NCBI GenBank assembly: GCA_051362555.1
Contig: CM120649.1
Coordinates: 6,014,001 to 6,078,000 of the forward strand
DNA from: Lingula anatina
Taxonomy: Eukaryota; Animalia; Brachiopoda
Length of the DNA stretch: 64,000 bases
Direction of reading: 5' to 3'
A program made the translations under genes and the position numbers. Shown piece after piece: positions 50,501-63,224 of the stretch. Below the pieces are notes generated by a model that saw nothing but the letters and a program-made list of their open reading frames with translations, was not told the origin of the DNA and did no database searches. How positions within the stretch are numbered: position 1 is the stretch's first letter; the number at the start of each line of letters is the position of its first letter.

Positions 50501-50650
50501 CTGATAAACTGCTTCGCGCACGTTCTCTCCTGACCCATAAGTATGGCAGAATTTTCTGGCACTATACAATAATGGCCGCTTTGGAGGCAGACAAGACCGA
50601 CCCTGAGAGAGGATACGGCTAACTGCTCGTCTAAAAGCTGCCAAGGACAT
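46747..50650 (-). CDS. Mitochondrial FASTK-family (FASTKD-like) helical-repeat protein with C-terminal RAP domain, ~707 aa. Exons: 48679-50650, 47395-47528, 46747-46764
   Basis: Arg/Ser/Leu-rich, acid-free N-terminal presequence and Leu-rich helical body. C-terminus LPHFGLVYIEF..RIAVRV..RTKVLEKLGFTVLHVP fits the RAP-domain pattern. GT-AG exons are in frame (2124 nt). Confidence 0.7.
47930..48097. mobile_element. MITE family C, second copy (FASTKD-like intron)
   Basis: Homologous to 34221-34446, with CAGGGGC/GCCCCTG termini. Confidence 0.8.
48348..48653 (+). mobile_element. Short HINE/Helentron-type non-autonomous element
   Basis: ttattacctccaccaagaaggttatgttttt, (gtct)n microsatellite, 3' inverted sub-terminal cttggcagag, a small hairpin, and a ctagtt end. 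Confidence 0.75.
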
Positions 50651-51104
50651 TGTGTGATGCTAAAAAATCAAAACAAAAAGGAAAATGTGATCATCAACGA
50701 TTTTGACTGAGCAAAAAATATTTGTCAACTCGGTATATACATGTAGAACTAGTCCAAAGGTTGTTCTTTGTTCATACATAAAACACGAAGTTAACAATAC
50801 AGTCCCCGTAGATTGCCTCAGATGTCTGCCTGTATAACATTGGGGTCTTTCAAAAGATAGAAATGGACAGAAATGGACCGATATAGACTTCTAGATACAC
50901 AAAGCATAACGCTCTGGGGTCACATTTAGGTTATACGTCGTAAAAATAAACTTGCTTCTGCGACAAAAAGATCTTATTCTACTTTTTAAAGGACCGTGTG
51001 CAAACTAGTTCTAGAACTCTTAAGTGCTACATACTAGTAGCTTGAATATTAAGACCTTATGAAACTGGTGGACACAGCTCACACATTTAAACGGGTTTCT
51101 TTTC

Positions 51105-51160
51105 AACTTACATATACATTCCTGTGCAATGTGCTCTCAGCTGGCGGCCGCCATCTTTGA
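51105..51160 (-). promoter_or_regulatory. Probable non-coding first exon of the FASTKD-like gene with YY1 motif
   Basis: GCCGCCATCTT (~51147) next to a GTAAG donor (~51110); acceptor at ~50660 just upstream of the ATG. Confidence 0.45.
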
Positions 51161-51328
51161 TTCGTTGCCTACAACAGCTTCTCTGACACAATCACATCTA
51201 TCGCATTTTCATATTTAGCTGAAGATTATAAGCCCCTGTAGGCCCTATTGCAAGAGCTCAATATCAATTAGGCAAAAACATTTTATTACATTTAACGCCA
51301 TTTCGCTGTAAATTAAAACAATACAGTT

Positions 51329-51366
<38 letters not shown>

Positions 51367-53190
51367 TTTAATAACTTATCAACCAAATTGTTTTCCTGTA
51401 CGATTAAAATCGTAATGGTGGATGTGAATGGGCTTTTTAGATGATTTTATACTTGATTAAGAACTTCTGACAATTTTTATTTACCATTAACGAGCTCATA
51501 GATTAAACCGTCTGTCGCCTGAGAAAAACCAAGTGTTTTGAGATAATCGTGGCCTCGACCGATATTGCCTTGATAAAGAGAGCCAATAAGAAACGTTTGA
51601 TGCCGACTGCATCCAAGCTCACGTCCACACAGATTTTAAGGAAGTAAACACTGGGTTTACAACCAGAATAAAGCCCCCCCCCCCCCTCACTCAAAATACA
51701 GTTTTCTAAGATATTCTTAAATTAAAATGAAACTTAACTTACACTCAATGCCACTAAGACTTTTCATCTAGCCTATTTTATTACTAATTGCAATTAGCGT
51801 AAGCGTTAGTCATTAACTTTACAACAAAATTGCTCGAAGAATTGGTTGAATGGAATGATTTCGTTACAAATGTCAACTTTTCTTTCATGCAAAGTTTTAG
51901 AGTTGCAGACACAAAATGTTTAATCACTAGACATGGAATAGAATCAGAAACACGGTACGGTTATATTGCGCATTTCCAGTGAATATTTCTTAATATGGTC
52001 CATGAAAATTAGCTCTACTAAATAAAGATTCAATCAAAACAAAATCGCTTATAAATCTCCACGAAAGTTTACAATCAATTTCAAAATTCCATTCACATTT
52101 CTTTATTAAGACTAGTATAGGCTACCCTGAGTGTCAGAGCAACGTAAAAGCTAGCTTGTTAATTATACCTTGTGATGGAGTCGCTTTCACTAGGTATTGC
52201 TGATATGGGTTATATATGAATCAAGATCGAGCTGGCAATACCGGAATCTAGAACCTAGGGTAGTATAGGCCTACTGTACAAACAATCAATAGCGGGCGTG
52301 CCCATCACGTGCACGATAAAGGCGCACGACGCAGCCACTAGTGCCACCAATCCTTGCTGGGGGATTCTGAGGTCAAACGTGTCTCAACTGAACTGTTGTG
52401 GATTTTCTGGGTGTGGGTTTCTACTGTGTACAGAACTCTCCAAGTTTTAGAGATAATTAAAAACTCACAGATCAAAATTTAATGAAATCAAAAGTTAGCC
52501 CAGTATGGTCTCATGTACGTCATACTACAGTAGACATTTAAAAGATCAAAGATAGACTACTGGAAATTAAATCCGCCTAGGTGTGAGTCGCTTGGATCTC
52601 ATGGTGCTCTATAAAGTCACAGGTGAAGTCAAAAGTTATCTCAGTATAAAACGAAATGAAAATACAGGCAGCGGAAGTCATCTAACTATTAATAACGTGC
52701 CGGGCAGGCTTATCAATAAAAGCAATAGAACTTGAATTGATTCAGTAGCTTTACCGATATAGCACCACGGGATATCACCTGTGAACCGCGTTCATCAGAA
52801 AAATGATATCTTCTCGGCGGAATTGCTTGCAAAACATGTTTTTTAATATATTCGCATCGTCGCAATTGCTTGAAAGGTAAGCGCACCAGTTTTTACGCAT
52901 TTGAACATTTTTAATGATAATGCTGAAGCAATTTGCACTAGATGCATGTTTATACCACATGGGAACTTCCAGTATCATCACTGAAGTCAGGACTTACCTG
53001 AAAAATACCACCCGTTGAAGCAAAATGGCAGTAGTTACTTCAATGTTGTAAAGGCTGCCTAATCAACGCTCTTTTTCACAACTTAACTTCGTCAATCGAT
53101 AGCTTTGAAATGCCCCTTAACCTTCTTCCCCAAGGCGACGCACGAATTTGCGTCTTCCTCCTTTTGTTCGTGAACTTTTCTTGAGAAGAA

Positions 53191-53271
<81 letters not shown>

Positions 53272-55403
53272 ATCAACTCACTGCCAACTTATTCCAAAGA
53301 CATGATGGCAACACTGCTCGTTTGGATGATTATTTCGTCTGCATACCACTTTGCTTTATCCGTAAATGTATACCTTACTCCTAGGTAAGTACAGTTTCAA
53401 TATGAGCACAGCTACATATGTATTTTGTAGACTGGAACATTTCATAGGCAACTTGAGTCCCATGAGGAAACCGTTTGGACACACAAAAACATTATTTAAC
53501 TCTAATTGTTCCTACTGTTTGTCATCCAGTGAAACTAGGGCATACTGTATACTGTATAAACGAATTGGTCATCAATCAGTTAAAATCAATATTGCTAATA
53601 ATTTTAAGGAACCCTTAATTGAACAAAAACATGTACTTCAACACCCCCCCCCCCAAAAAAAAATCCAAAAAGAGTAGGGGGGGGGGGGGTTAAAAAACGC
53701 AGATGTATTAGTACTAGTGATGTCAACTTACTGCATCAGTTAGTTCAGTCTCATATTATATATTGTCTTTTTTAAATTTTATTTTTCATATTTGTAACAA
53801 TCACCATTTAAACTAGCCTAGGACCACCTTCGCCCGCCATTTGTACCCAGCTATGCAGCAGTGAACTGAAGTATACAGAATAAAGACTCCAGACGCTCGA
53901 CGACAAATAGTGGCTGACATAGTGACAAAAATTACATCACCACCTCGTAAGTACCCGGGTAGTTTTGTTGTCATGAATTTCTAGCATAAAGGAGTCTAAA
54001 AAGGTCTATGCATGTTATTTTAGCTTATTCCAAATATCTAATATTGGATATTTTAAATGTATGTATTTAGTTAAGTATAATGCCTTTTATTTGTTCTTAG
54101 AACAGAATGTGAAGGTCGTTATATTCGGTTTGACAGTTCCACAGACTGGAAAACCTCCGCAAACAATGCTCAGGTTTCTTGTGTGCGGACGGGTTTCTGT
54201 AAGAGCGAGATTCATAGGCGAGGGCGCGACTTCAATTGACGATTTTCGATTTCCGCATAAGGAGTGCTGCATGTGGGAAAGAGAGTCCTTGTTTTGTTGA
54301 AATACATATAGCGATAGTACTATAAGAACCATGCCTGGATCTACGTGCTGTCACACTACTACAATCACCATAAGTGAGATCCACTCTTGGGATATTTATA
54401 AGTTTTCAACGGACCCATTTAGTATAACTAACGGCCCTCAATATTTATTGATTTATACTTCTTTTAGCAATATATCTATAAATCCATCTATAAATTACAC
54501 CCGCGAAAATGGAAATGGTTCCAAACGATATCGATGGACACCTTAAAGACTGATAAGAGAAAAACACTCAAAAACGCATTTCTGTTAAAAAATTACACGC
54601 CATTTTATTCTTCAAAAGATAGATATTGAATGTTAATTATACAATAAAAAACCTATAACCAGTTGTTAATTATACAGTAAATAACCAAAGCAAACGGGGT
54701 AATTTTCCTACTCCCTACACAGTGAACTTCATTGGATCACTTTGTCGTTAAAACTTGCAATGATGAATTTTATTCTCATTTTATGTATCCTGCTGCTAAT
54801 GACACCCAATTGCAGCTGATCACCACGCTCGCTTATTATCTATAAGAGACCATCTGGTGTTGACGGTATTTCTAAAATCACATGCAAAATCTTTTACTGG
54901 ACAGAATGAGCATAGAGCTCGCCAGGGGCATTTGTGTGAGTATTTAGTGAAAATTCTTCACCTGGTCCTGCTTTGTATTTTGGTGTCCCTGTCAAAATTA
55001 TCTTGAACGGAATTTCATTTGCTTAGCAGTTTTCAGGAAATTGCATATCTGAGGCCCCATTCAGAATAGGGGACTAACTAGTCCGAGGGTCAAATATGGC
55101 GACCCACTTGCCATCCAAGCTTGCCATCCAATCCGCTAACAGACACTGAATAGATATCCCGGGAGGGGGGGTATGAATGGGTCCCGAGATGTACCTATTT
55201 AAGTTTGATGCTGCAGCAGCACGAATTAACACAGGTCAATCACCACATGGAAGATTTGGATAGTAGGTGCCTTTGAGACGTCTTTCAGACGTCGTACAGA
55301 CAAAGAAAAAAAAATGTTACGGAACGCTGCTGTGTCGTCTTCAGGCCGTGCCGACACACGTCTTAATTGTATCCATATCAAAAAAAGTTCAATGGTCGAA
55401 AGA

Positions 55404-58400
55404 CTAAATTACAGATTGAGATTCGGTAGACATCTCTAAACCACTTTTAAGACAACGAATGGTGGGTTGGCTCTTTTCTGTCTTTTTATCTTCCTTGTCT
55501 CCACATCGACATGTTTTGTAAGCAGACCTAGCTATGAGGAATAAACACATCAACAAAGGGAAAAACAAAAAAACTAATTGTGCTACATCAACAGCTTTTA
55601 ACACATCCTCACTAATAGCCAATGGATGCCCAGTGCCGAAATCTCCAACTTGAATGGCGTTAAACGCGCCGACTATCACCAAAGTTAAACTAGACAAGAC
55701 ATATACTATATTTGCATAAGGGTACTTAAACGGTCGTGTCCAGGTTACAAAGAACAGATGGGCGCCACTAAGCGATATGAGGATAGGTATTCTTACCGCC
55801 TGGTTATTCAACGTAACTTTGCTTACCGTGGTAAATATAAAAAGATATAACATTTCAAAACCTTCCCAAGCCGACAAAAGAAAACCGTGGAGGCAGGCTG
55901 TATTAAATTTGCCTGTGCATGTACAATCGTTTTGGTTGTTCTTCTGTTTATAATTTTGGTTCTCTTCATTTTTATTGTCTTTTTGATTATAATTTGGATC
56001 CTCTTTATATTGATTGTTTATTTGTTTACAATTTTGGTTCTCTTCATTTTGATTACTTTTCCTTTCGCCCTCTTCATTTTCTTTACTTTTCTGTTCATCA
56101 TTTCGACCTTCTTGTGCAATTTCGTCAAATGCCGTAGTGATGCAAGTCATAAGTAATTTCGATGGACATTGGCAATTCCGCTTACAACAGCATTTGAAGC
56201 AAGACATGACAAGCATTATCAGGCCTAGAGGAAGTGTAGGTAGCCCAGGTAGTATACTAAGGGAGAAGCAAATTACAGATCTGCAGCATCCCCGTTTACA
56301 GACCTTACATGGACATCCATGACAGGAGCAATTCCAATCACACACCTTCTTACATCGATTATAGGATAAATACATAACAACCAAAGGGTAACACCCTAAA
56401 AATAGAATTAAAAAAACACTTAAGGCAATCAGATGTCCATTTGTCGGAGATATGGTACCATCAGTGAATTCCCTGTACAATCCCTTCTCGGCATATGTAG
56501 GTACGAGCACGCTTACAACAGTTGGGGAAATTAAACCATAGAAAAAATGCCATAAAGAGAAATAGTACTTCACACATATGTAAAGGAATGTGCCCTTTAT
56601 ATCATCTTCAAATCTATCTGTGGTAACACAAGGAAGGCACGATGTGTGTATATCCTGTGTATCACTTCTGGACCTCTCCCTTGCTTTTCCACTTTGATGC
56701 TCTGGTGTTCTATCGCGTCCGTGAGCACTGTTATTGGTATTTCCGCTTGGAGGCTCCCCTGCGTCATCGCTTCCTTGATCACCAGCGTTTGTATTTTCAC
56801 TTGGTGCCCCCCCTGCGTCATCGAGTCCCTGATCACTGGCGTTTGCATTCCCACTTGGAGGCTCTACTGTTTCATTGCGTCTCTGAGAAGAGACACTTTC
56901 ACTTTCACTTGGAATTTCCTCTGTATTATCGAGCCCCTGAAAACTGGCGTTTGTATATACAACTGTAGGTTTCTCTGTTTCAACGAGCCCCTTAGAACTA
57001 GCATTTGCATTTTCCGTTGAGGGCTTTTCTACTTTTTGACATAATTGACACAGCAAAGTTGCCAATATAAAAACCAAAGTCAGTATCGGTAGAATAAAGA
57101 GTAAGCACAGCAGTTGAAAAGCAGCCTCTGAATCATGTCGAGTTGATATAGGCGGACAGAAAATGGAAAAATTTATGTCTTGTATCTGTACATGAGAGAA
57201 CACATTAAAAATGCCGTCATTGACTTCATAAGCAAAGAAAGTAGGATAAAAGAAGAAAACGATATTTTGCAGGGTTGTAAAAAGTGATAGCTTGCATTTG
57301 CATTTGCAGCAAGAACAGCGTTTCTTGCATGTACCGGAGTATTTGTGTATCTTATGGCAACATCTAAACAAATAAAACCCAAAATATACCAGCGTAGCTA
57401 AAATAGGGAAAACTATTACGCAGACCAAACTGCCTACAGACGACCTCAATAAATCATTAGGATAACACTTGTCTGTAACTTTGATGGCGTCAAGGAGTCT
57501 GAAGGCCAGTGAAAACCCTTCCTTACATTGGCCACATGCAGTGCCTTCACGGTTCCCGCTACAAGATTGTGGATTGTCACAAATGTACTGGCCGCAACAT
57601 CTATTGGGTTTGCATGATATGCATGTAAAACGTTTCATAGTGCCAAACTGTTCCTGGAAGCACCAGTTATTGTGGCGTGAATGTATATTTCCAGTATGGC
57701 AGTAACCTCCACCAGGGCAATCCAGACATTCGAGCTCGGTCCTGTTAGTGGAGGCATAATCAGAAGTTTGGGCAGCGCCGAGCGTGTAGGTAGTCCCAGG
57801 GCACATGTGACAGTGGAACACGTTCAAATGGGCAAATGGCATGGTCGTATTCCGAATAGAGTTGTATTTAACAGGACACACAATCTTCGAGCCATGGAAA
57901 AGTTCAATGTAATGTTTGGGCTTGTAGCCCAGTACAAGCGGTTCTCTTGTCATGACGGCAATTGTAGAAGAATGACCTCTCGTGGCATGTATGGTGGAAT
58001 TAGACAGTCGCAGTAAACTCCCTGATAATGCGTGAACAATATTGGTCGCGTTTTGTGGCAAGTCAGATTGCAAGATGGAATTTTTTATTTCGCATGTGTA
58101 GTGAAATTCGTCTAGAAACAGAGTGGTTCCAGATAACGCAGAATTGTTCACAAATGTGCATGATTCTATAACGGTAGTACTTCCACTCACATACAATGCA
58201 CCGCCGTAACTGATCTTCCCCAATGCCTTATTTCCGATAAAATTCGAGTCTCGAATTAAAACGAAAGTATCCGTTGTGCTCATGATGGTGACCCCGCCCC
58301 CATGCCAATACCCAGTATTGTTTTTCATGTGCACATGGTCCATGACAATATCCATTGCGCTCCTAGGTCCGCCATAGTAACATCGTATATCAAAGCCTCC

Positions 58401-59441
58401 TCCTCGATGGGGAAAGTAATTATCAATCAGGTTTACCCTTTCAAAACGGATTGAAGAATTAGAGTGTTCTGCAGAAACATGAGAGAGATTTATATTAATC
58501 ATAATAACACCCATAAGTATGTCATATGTTGTGTTTGAGGCATCAAATAGAAAGACACCTTGATTGTTGTCAAATTTCGTATCGAGTATGGATATATTGC
58601 TCCAGTGGCCTCCTTGAATGTTAACAACACTGCCGTTTTGTAACTGCAGGTTGGATTCAAAGTGACACCCTCTTATGTTGAGATTCAGAAGTGCTTTAGT
58701 TGAAAAATACAGACTACTGGAGGAGTAATGGCCAACGTTGTAATGAAATGTGCTACCTTCCACCACAGCTGTCACATCATAATCCGAACTGACATGAACA
58801 CCGTTTGAATTATTTTGAAAAACACAACCGCGTAGAATCAGGAAAACAGGACCACCTGAGTTGAAGCTCTGAGCTTCCTGTTCGATAAAGATGACAGGCG
58901 AAGGTTTGGCATTCGCTGTAGAAACATCATCTGATTCGTTGTAGTTCCCGTAGAATACTGTGTTTTCCATTGTAAGGTCAACATAACCACTCACAGTTAT
59001 GGCAGATCCATGGTCTGGTGTTACAAACTGATGCGCTGTGCTGCCATTAGCAAATACTATGTTCCTCAATATCACGTGTGAAGTGGAGATCCGTGACTGA
59101 ATCCAAAATGCAGAACCCTTCCTTTGACAGTCAATATATGCATAGTCCTCGGAGCAATTGCCCCACGTAGACATATTCAATGTTGTTGAATGTGGTAATA
59201 CTACTTTTATCCCACCTGGGTGGCCATTCGGTCTATCAGGAACACATTCATAATACGTATTGTGTCGTCCACATTCTAATAAAATTGAGAGGCCGCTGAA
59301 ATCACGTTGGGCTTCAATAACAAACGAATATGTTCGACATGGATGGCTCTCCGTACCACAGTATACATCATCTAGCCCTTTGGAAGGAGAAACAAACCAG
59401 TCTCTACAGGTGCCTGTAAAATTTTATAGGTAAAAGCTAGG

Positions 59442-59494
<53 letters not shown>

Positions 59495-59796
59495 GCACAA
59501 TGCGCTGGGAAAGAATTAACTTTACAAGTTAAAATCTTTTCTTAATCAGGCAGAACAGGATAATTATAAGGGTTTGAATGGGGTCTGAATATGACAAAGG
59601 ATCCTAATTATTTCCAAAGGATCCTAATTAGGTTTGACCATATCCTTTATGTTTGTACTTGGGAATACATTTGTGAGTTTATAAATATGGTAGCAAGTCA
59701 CATATCAATTAAATCTTATTGAAATATCAGCTTACCTCTTTTCAGTAAGACGAGAAAAAAACACAAGAAGTGCAGTCCGAGACTCAGTCGTAACAT
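55404..59796 (-). CDS. Large multi-pass membrane protein (~1356 aa): signal peptide, right-handed beta-helix/Pmp-like repeats, Cys-rich region, ~9-10 TM helices. Exons: 59736-59796, 55404-59413
   Basis: Exon 1 MLRLSLGLHFLCFFLVLLKR. N-terminal WFVSPSKGLDDVYCGTESHPCRT motif; FxxN/GGA repeats (FIGNKA..YGGALYV..CTFVNNSA); CPGTTY..CLDCPGGGYC..CSGNREGTACGQCKEGFS; multiple hydrophobic helices. Phase-1 join gives 4071 nt. Confidence 0.85.
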
Positions 59797-60877
59797 CGTT
59801 GTACCGCTGAAAAGTAAAATTGATTGGTTAAAAGTTGAAACAACTTTCATGTTACAAAAAAGGTCTAACTTGTATAATGATCTCTTTTACCTTTCCACCA
59901 ACCTCTTCACGTTTATGGCGTTTATTATATAAGAGAGGGCTTATATGGGAACGTTTCAAAATACGCACTAGGTCCTCGTCATCTTTTTTGTCCGAGTTTT
60001 TCTATTGTGAATATTTACGTAACGATTGCATAGGTTCAGGGCATTGAAAAGCAGTACCTTTGTTATTTTGTTTGTGATGTAAAAAGTGTAAATACCATGC
60101 AGTGCGTAGGGTGTCATATTCTCCCTACCAGATTCCATTTCAAGTACCACGCTGTCACAGGGGGATAGGAGAGGGAACATAAGGAATTCGGTGTTTTCAC
60201 AAACCTTTACAAATGTATTTATGTTTCACATTACTTTCTCGTCTTATTTTTCTCCATATAAAAATCTCCTTAATATATAGGCATCTTCACTTTTACATGT
60301 AGTTGCACAGTATTGGCTTCAGAACCAGGGGGGTCGCTTTAATACTTATAATACAAAAGACGTAGATACTATATATGGCTCCCAAATACAACTTAAACTA
60401 TTAAACTAGGTGAATCATATAATGTCAAGGCAGAGGACTATTTCCAAATACATTTGAGGTGGATGTACTTGCACTGAATGGTATGCCTTCGTATTTAATC
60501 GAAAAACCTTTACTGATTCTTTGCAAACTGGTTCCATACCTTGGCTGGTAAACTAATTACATTAAGTATGTATCCCCTCTGATTTCCTCAGCTTTAACAA
60601 AACAAAAAACATTCATGGCACATAATATTGAACAATATCCTTATTATAAACTTTGCAAATAATACTGACTATAATAGGTAAACAGAAAATCCATTCACAG
60701 CATTAGATTAAGAAGTGTAACATCTCTAACAACGGACCCTGACCCAGTAAACACGCTAACCTGTTTTAACATTAAAATGTATTGATTTGATTTAAAACAT
60801 GTCGTAAAATGCGTGTGTGTACAAGACTTTAGTGTGCGTGTGTGTGTACGTGTGGGCGTGCTCTTGTGCACGCATTC

Positions 60878-61185
60878 TAACCGAGGACACACACCCGCCC
60901 GAAACCCACTAACCGAGGACACACCTCCAACCGAGGACGTCCTCGGTTGACATAAGCAGTGGAATGCATAAAGGGGCCCATTTCAAGTTAGGTGGTGAAA
61001 TTTGACGCTATTCTGAGCCAGTCCTCGGTTATGCTGTATAGCGCGGGCCAAATTCCCGCCACGAGTGTATCAGAAATACTGTCCAACTTTTTGTCTGAAA
61101 TCGGGCTATACACACGCGTCCTCGGTTGTGCTGTAAAGGGCGGACCAAATTCCGCGTCCTCGGTTGTGCTGTAAAGGGCAGACTA
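60878..61185. repeat. Cluster of direct and inverted AACCGAGGAC subrepeats (foldback-element remnant)
   Basis: Three aaccgaggac followed by four gtcctcggtt, including the palindrome caaccgaggacgtcctcggttg. Confidence 0.65.
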
Positions 61186-61440
61186 AACTGAAACTAATGT
61201 TATATCTCAGATGTCTATATATTCAGTAAGTTCATATTTTTAAACTAAAGGTCTTTTTTATTAAATTAAGCTCTCCTAGGCCGTTACGTAACTACATAAC
61301 TATCATCGCACTGTACATATTACGGCACGCTTCTTTATTAGTACAACTGACTTGGAGTGGTTTAAATAAAGAAGAACTGTCTGAATATGTGGCTCACTCG
61401 GTAGATCTTAGGACCGACAATCTTTTGAGGGTGCAAGAAT

Positions 61441-62481
61441 TACTCTGAAGTATCAAATAAACGTACCGGTACGTTAATTAATTTTCCAAATTTCTTCCCG
61501 CCGGTACGCTCCATTTTCACCCAGTACGCTTATTAATTTTTCAAAAATCTTCCACCCGGTATGTTTATTAAATACATATTGTACCGGTGGGAAATTACAC
61601 AAGTACAAGTCACGCTTTTTATTTTCTTAAATTGAAGTATAATGAGAAGAAAATTGAGATCTCAACTCATTACCGACTGTTCTACCAACAGTACTGGAAA
61701 GTAGGTCAAGCGGAAGTCGCTCTCTGAACACAACAGTACATGCGTCACCTGATTTCAGTTCCTATAAATAGACGTGCTTTCTCTTCAACAGTGACAACTA
61801 CTCATGTACATCGATCGAATGATGCAATGTCGCAAGGTGATAGGATCATATTTATAGCTAAGGAGGTCATTTCAAGTGCAGCAAAGAAGTTGTGCCTGTT
61901 TTCAAACGTCAATTATTTCATGCCGATTTATGATTTAAACGATGTTAAATCACATTTCTATGTAAGATAAACCCTTAGGAGTTTACAGGTATGCAAAACG
62001 AACCTTATATCTGAGAATAAATTTACTATGAATAACGTCTCCGTATGGCTCTCGGAGGCGGCTAAGGTGCGACATATCTGGGTCTTCGGCCCCTGACGAT
62101 TATGAAATTTAACTCATGGCAAATATATATATATATTTTTTAAATAAATTAGATATCCCGTTTTTAAGATAAATTATAATACTGAGTGAATTTTACCTGG
62201 TGAATTTTTTTTTTTACAATGATCAATAGCTAGCTTTTTTCTTTCTCTTCTTCTTCTTTACTTTTATTTAATTATTTAATTTTTTTTTTTTGGGGGGGGG
62301 GGGGGGGAGTGGTGCAAAGGTTTTTTCCACCCAGTACTTTTATTCCATCCAGTACTTTTATTAAATTTCGAGATTTTTTACACCCAGTACTTTTATTCCA
62401 TCAGTACTTTTATTAAATTTTGAGATTTTTTCCACCCAGTACTTTTATTCCATCAGTTCTTTTATTCGATACTTCAGAGTA
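61441..62481. mobile_element. ~1-kb non-autonomous Tc1/mariner-type (TA-TSD) element with subterminal repeats
   Basis: TACTCTGAAGTATCAAATAAA at 61441 and TTTATTCGATACTTCAGAGTA ending 62481; tandem cacccagtacttttattccatc units at 62328-62460. Confidence 0.8.
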
Positions 62482-62509
62482 AATGAAAAGGGTAAATGGA
62501 TCGTCCGTA

Positions 62510-62725
62510 AACCCCCTTTACACTGGGGCGGCGTCCTTTGTGCGACCAAGAAACTGGCATCACTGTGGTCGTAGAAAGGAGGTACAAGCATTGCTTTGGT
62601 TGAAAAAAATGAATATTTGGTGATTGGCCAGTTGTCAGAAAGTTAAGTATTATAATTTTGTACTCTCAAATGGATCCGTACTACAGGACGCAGAAAGGAC
62701 GCCGTCCAGTGTAAAGGGCCCCTTA
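62510..62725. mobile_element. Palindromic MITE (PIF/Harbinger-like)
   Basis: ccctttacactgg..cggcgtccttt.tgcg / cgcagaaaggacgccgtccagtgtaaaggg inverted arms with TAA/TTA flanks. Confidence 0.65.
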
Positions 62726-63224
62726 GCTAACTATGAATTAATCTACCCCTGACAGTTTGAAGAAGGCTATGACATTATGAAACATTTATTATTACATAAT
62801 GGCTCTGCGAACTACAGTCACTTCTTTTCACCTGTAGATCTGACCTGTTTGTCATACACCTGGCTGCTAGAATAAATACTAAATCTAACAACTGAAGTGA
62901 AATTATATTTTGAATGGGCCCCTGTCGGTCCATGTCGCTAACACAGAGCACACATATTCATAAACACCGCATTTGCAAGAACCGCTTTGTGAAATAAAAA
63001 AAGACGCCCCGACAATTACGCGTCCTGATATATAGGCCTACAGTTCGGATAATCACACCGCAAAAACGATTAAGGGACCGTTCCCAGATCCTATCGTACT
63101 AACTATGGATCGATCTCTCCCAGAAGGAATGCTATATAAATTGCAATCAACGTTATCAGTGTGATCTGGCCAATTTTACAAAGTTGCTGTTTTTCCCTTT
63201 TCTCAGCATAATATTATATGCGAT

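Noticed and set aside
52325-52352. CTCF-like motif gccactagtgccacca (similar at ~7296)
   Set aside because: Only a partial consensus match; cannot be supported without ChIP or PWM scoring.
53135-53160. 13-nt match to U6 snRNA (ACGCAAATTCGTG, minus strand)
   Set aside because: The flanks do not match U6 and there is no ACAGAGA box; likely chance.
51400-55300. Short ORFs in the 4-kb interval between the FASTKD-like and beta-helix genes
   Set aside because: No recognisable domains or consistent exon chain; treated as intergenic/UTR.
55404-59413. Bacterial contamination or recent HGT of a Pmp/autotransporter gene
   Set aside because: It has a spliced signal-peptide exon, eukaryotic Cys-rich and alpha-helical TM regions and no beta-barrel, and it is flanked by host microsatellites.
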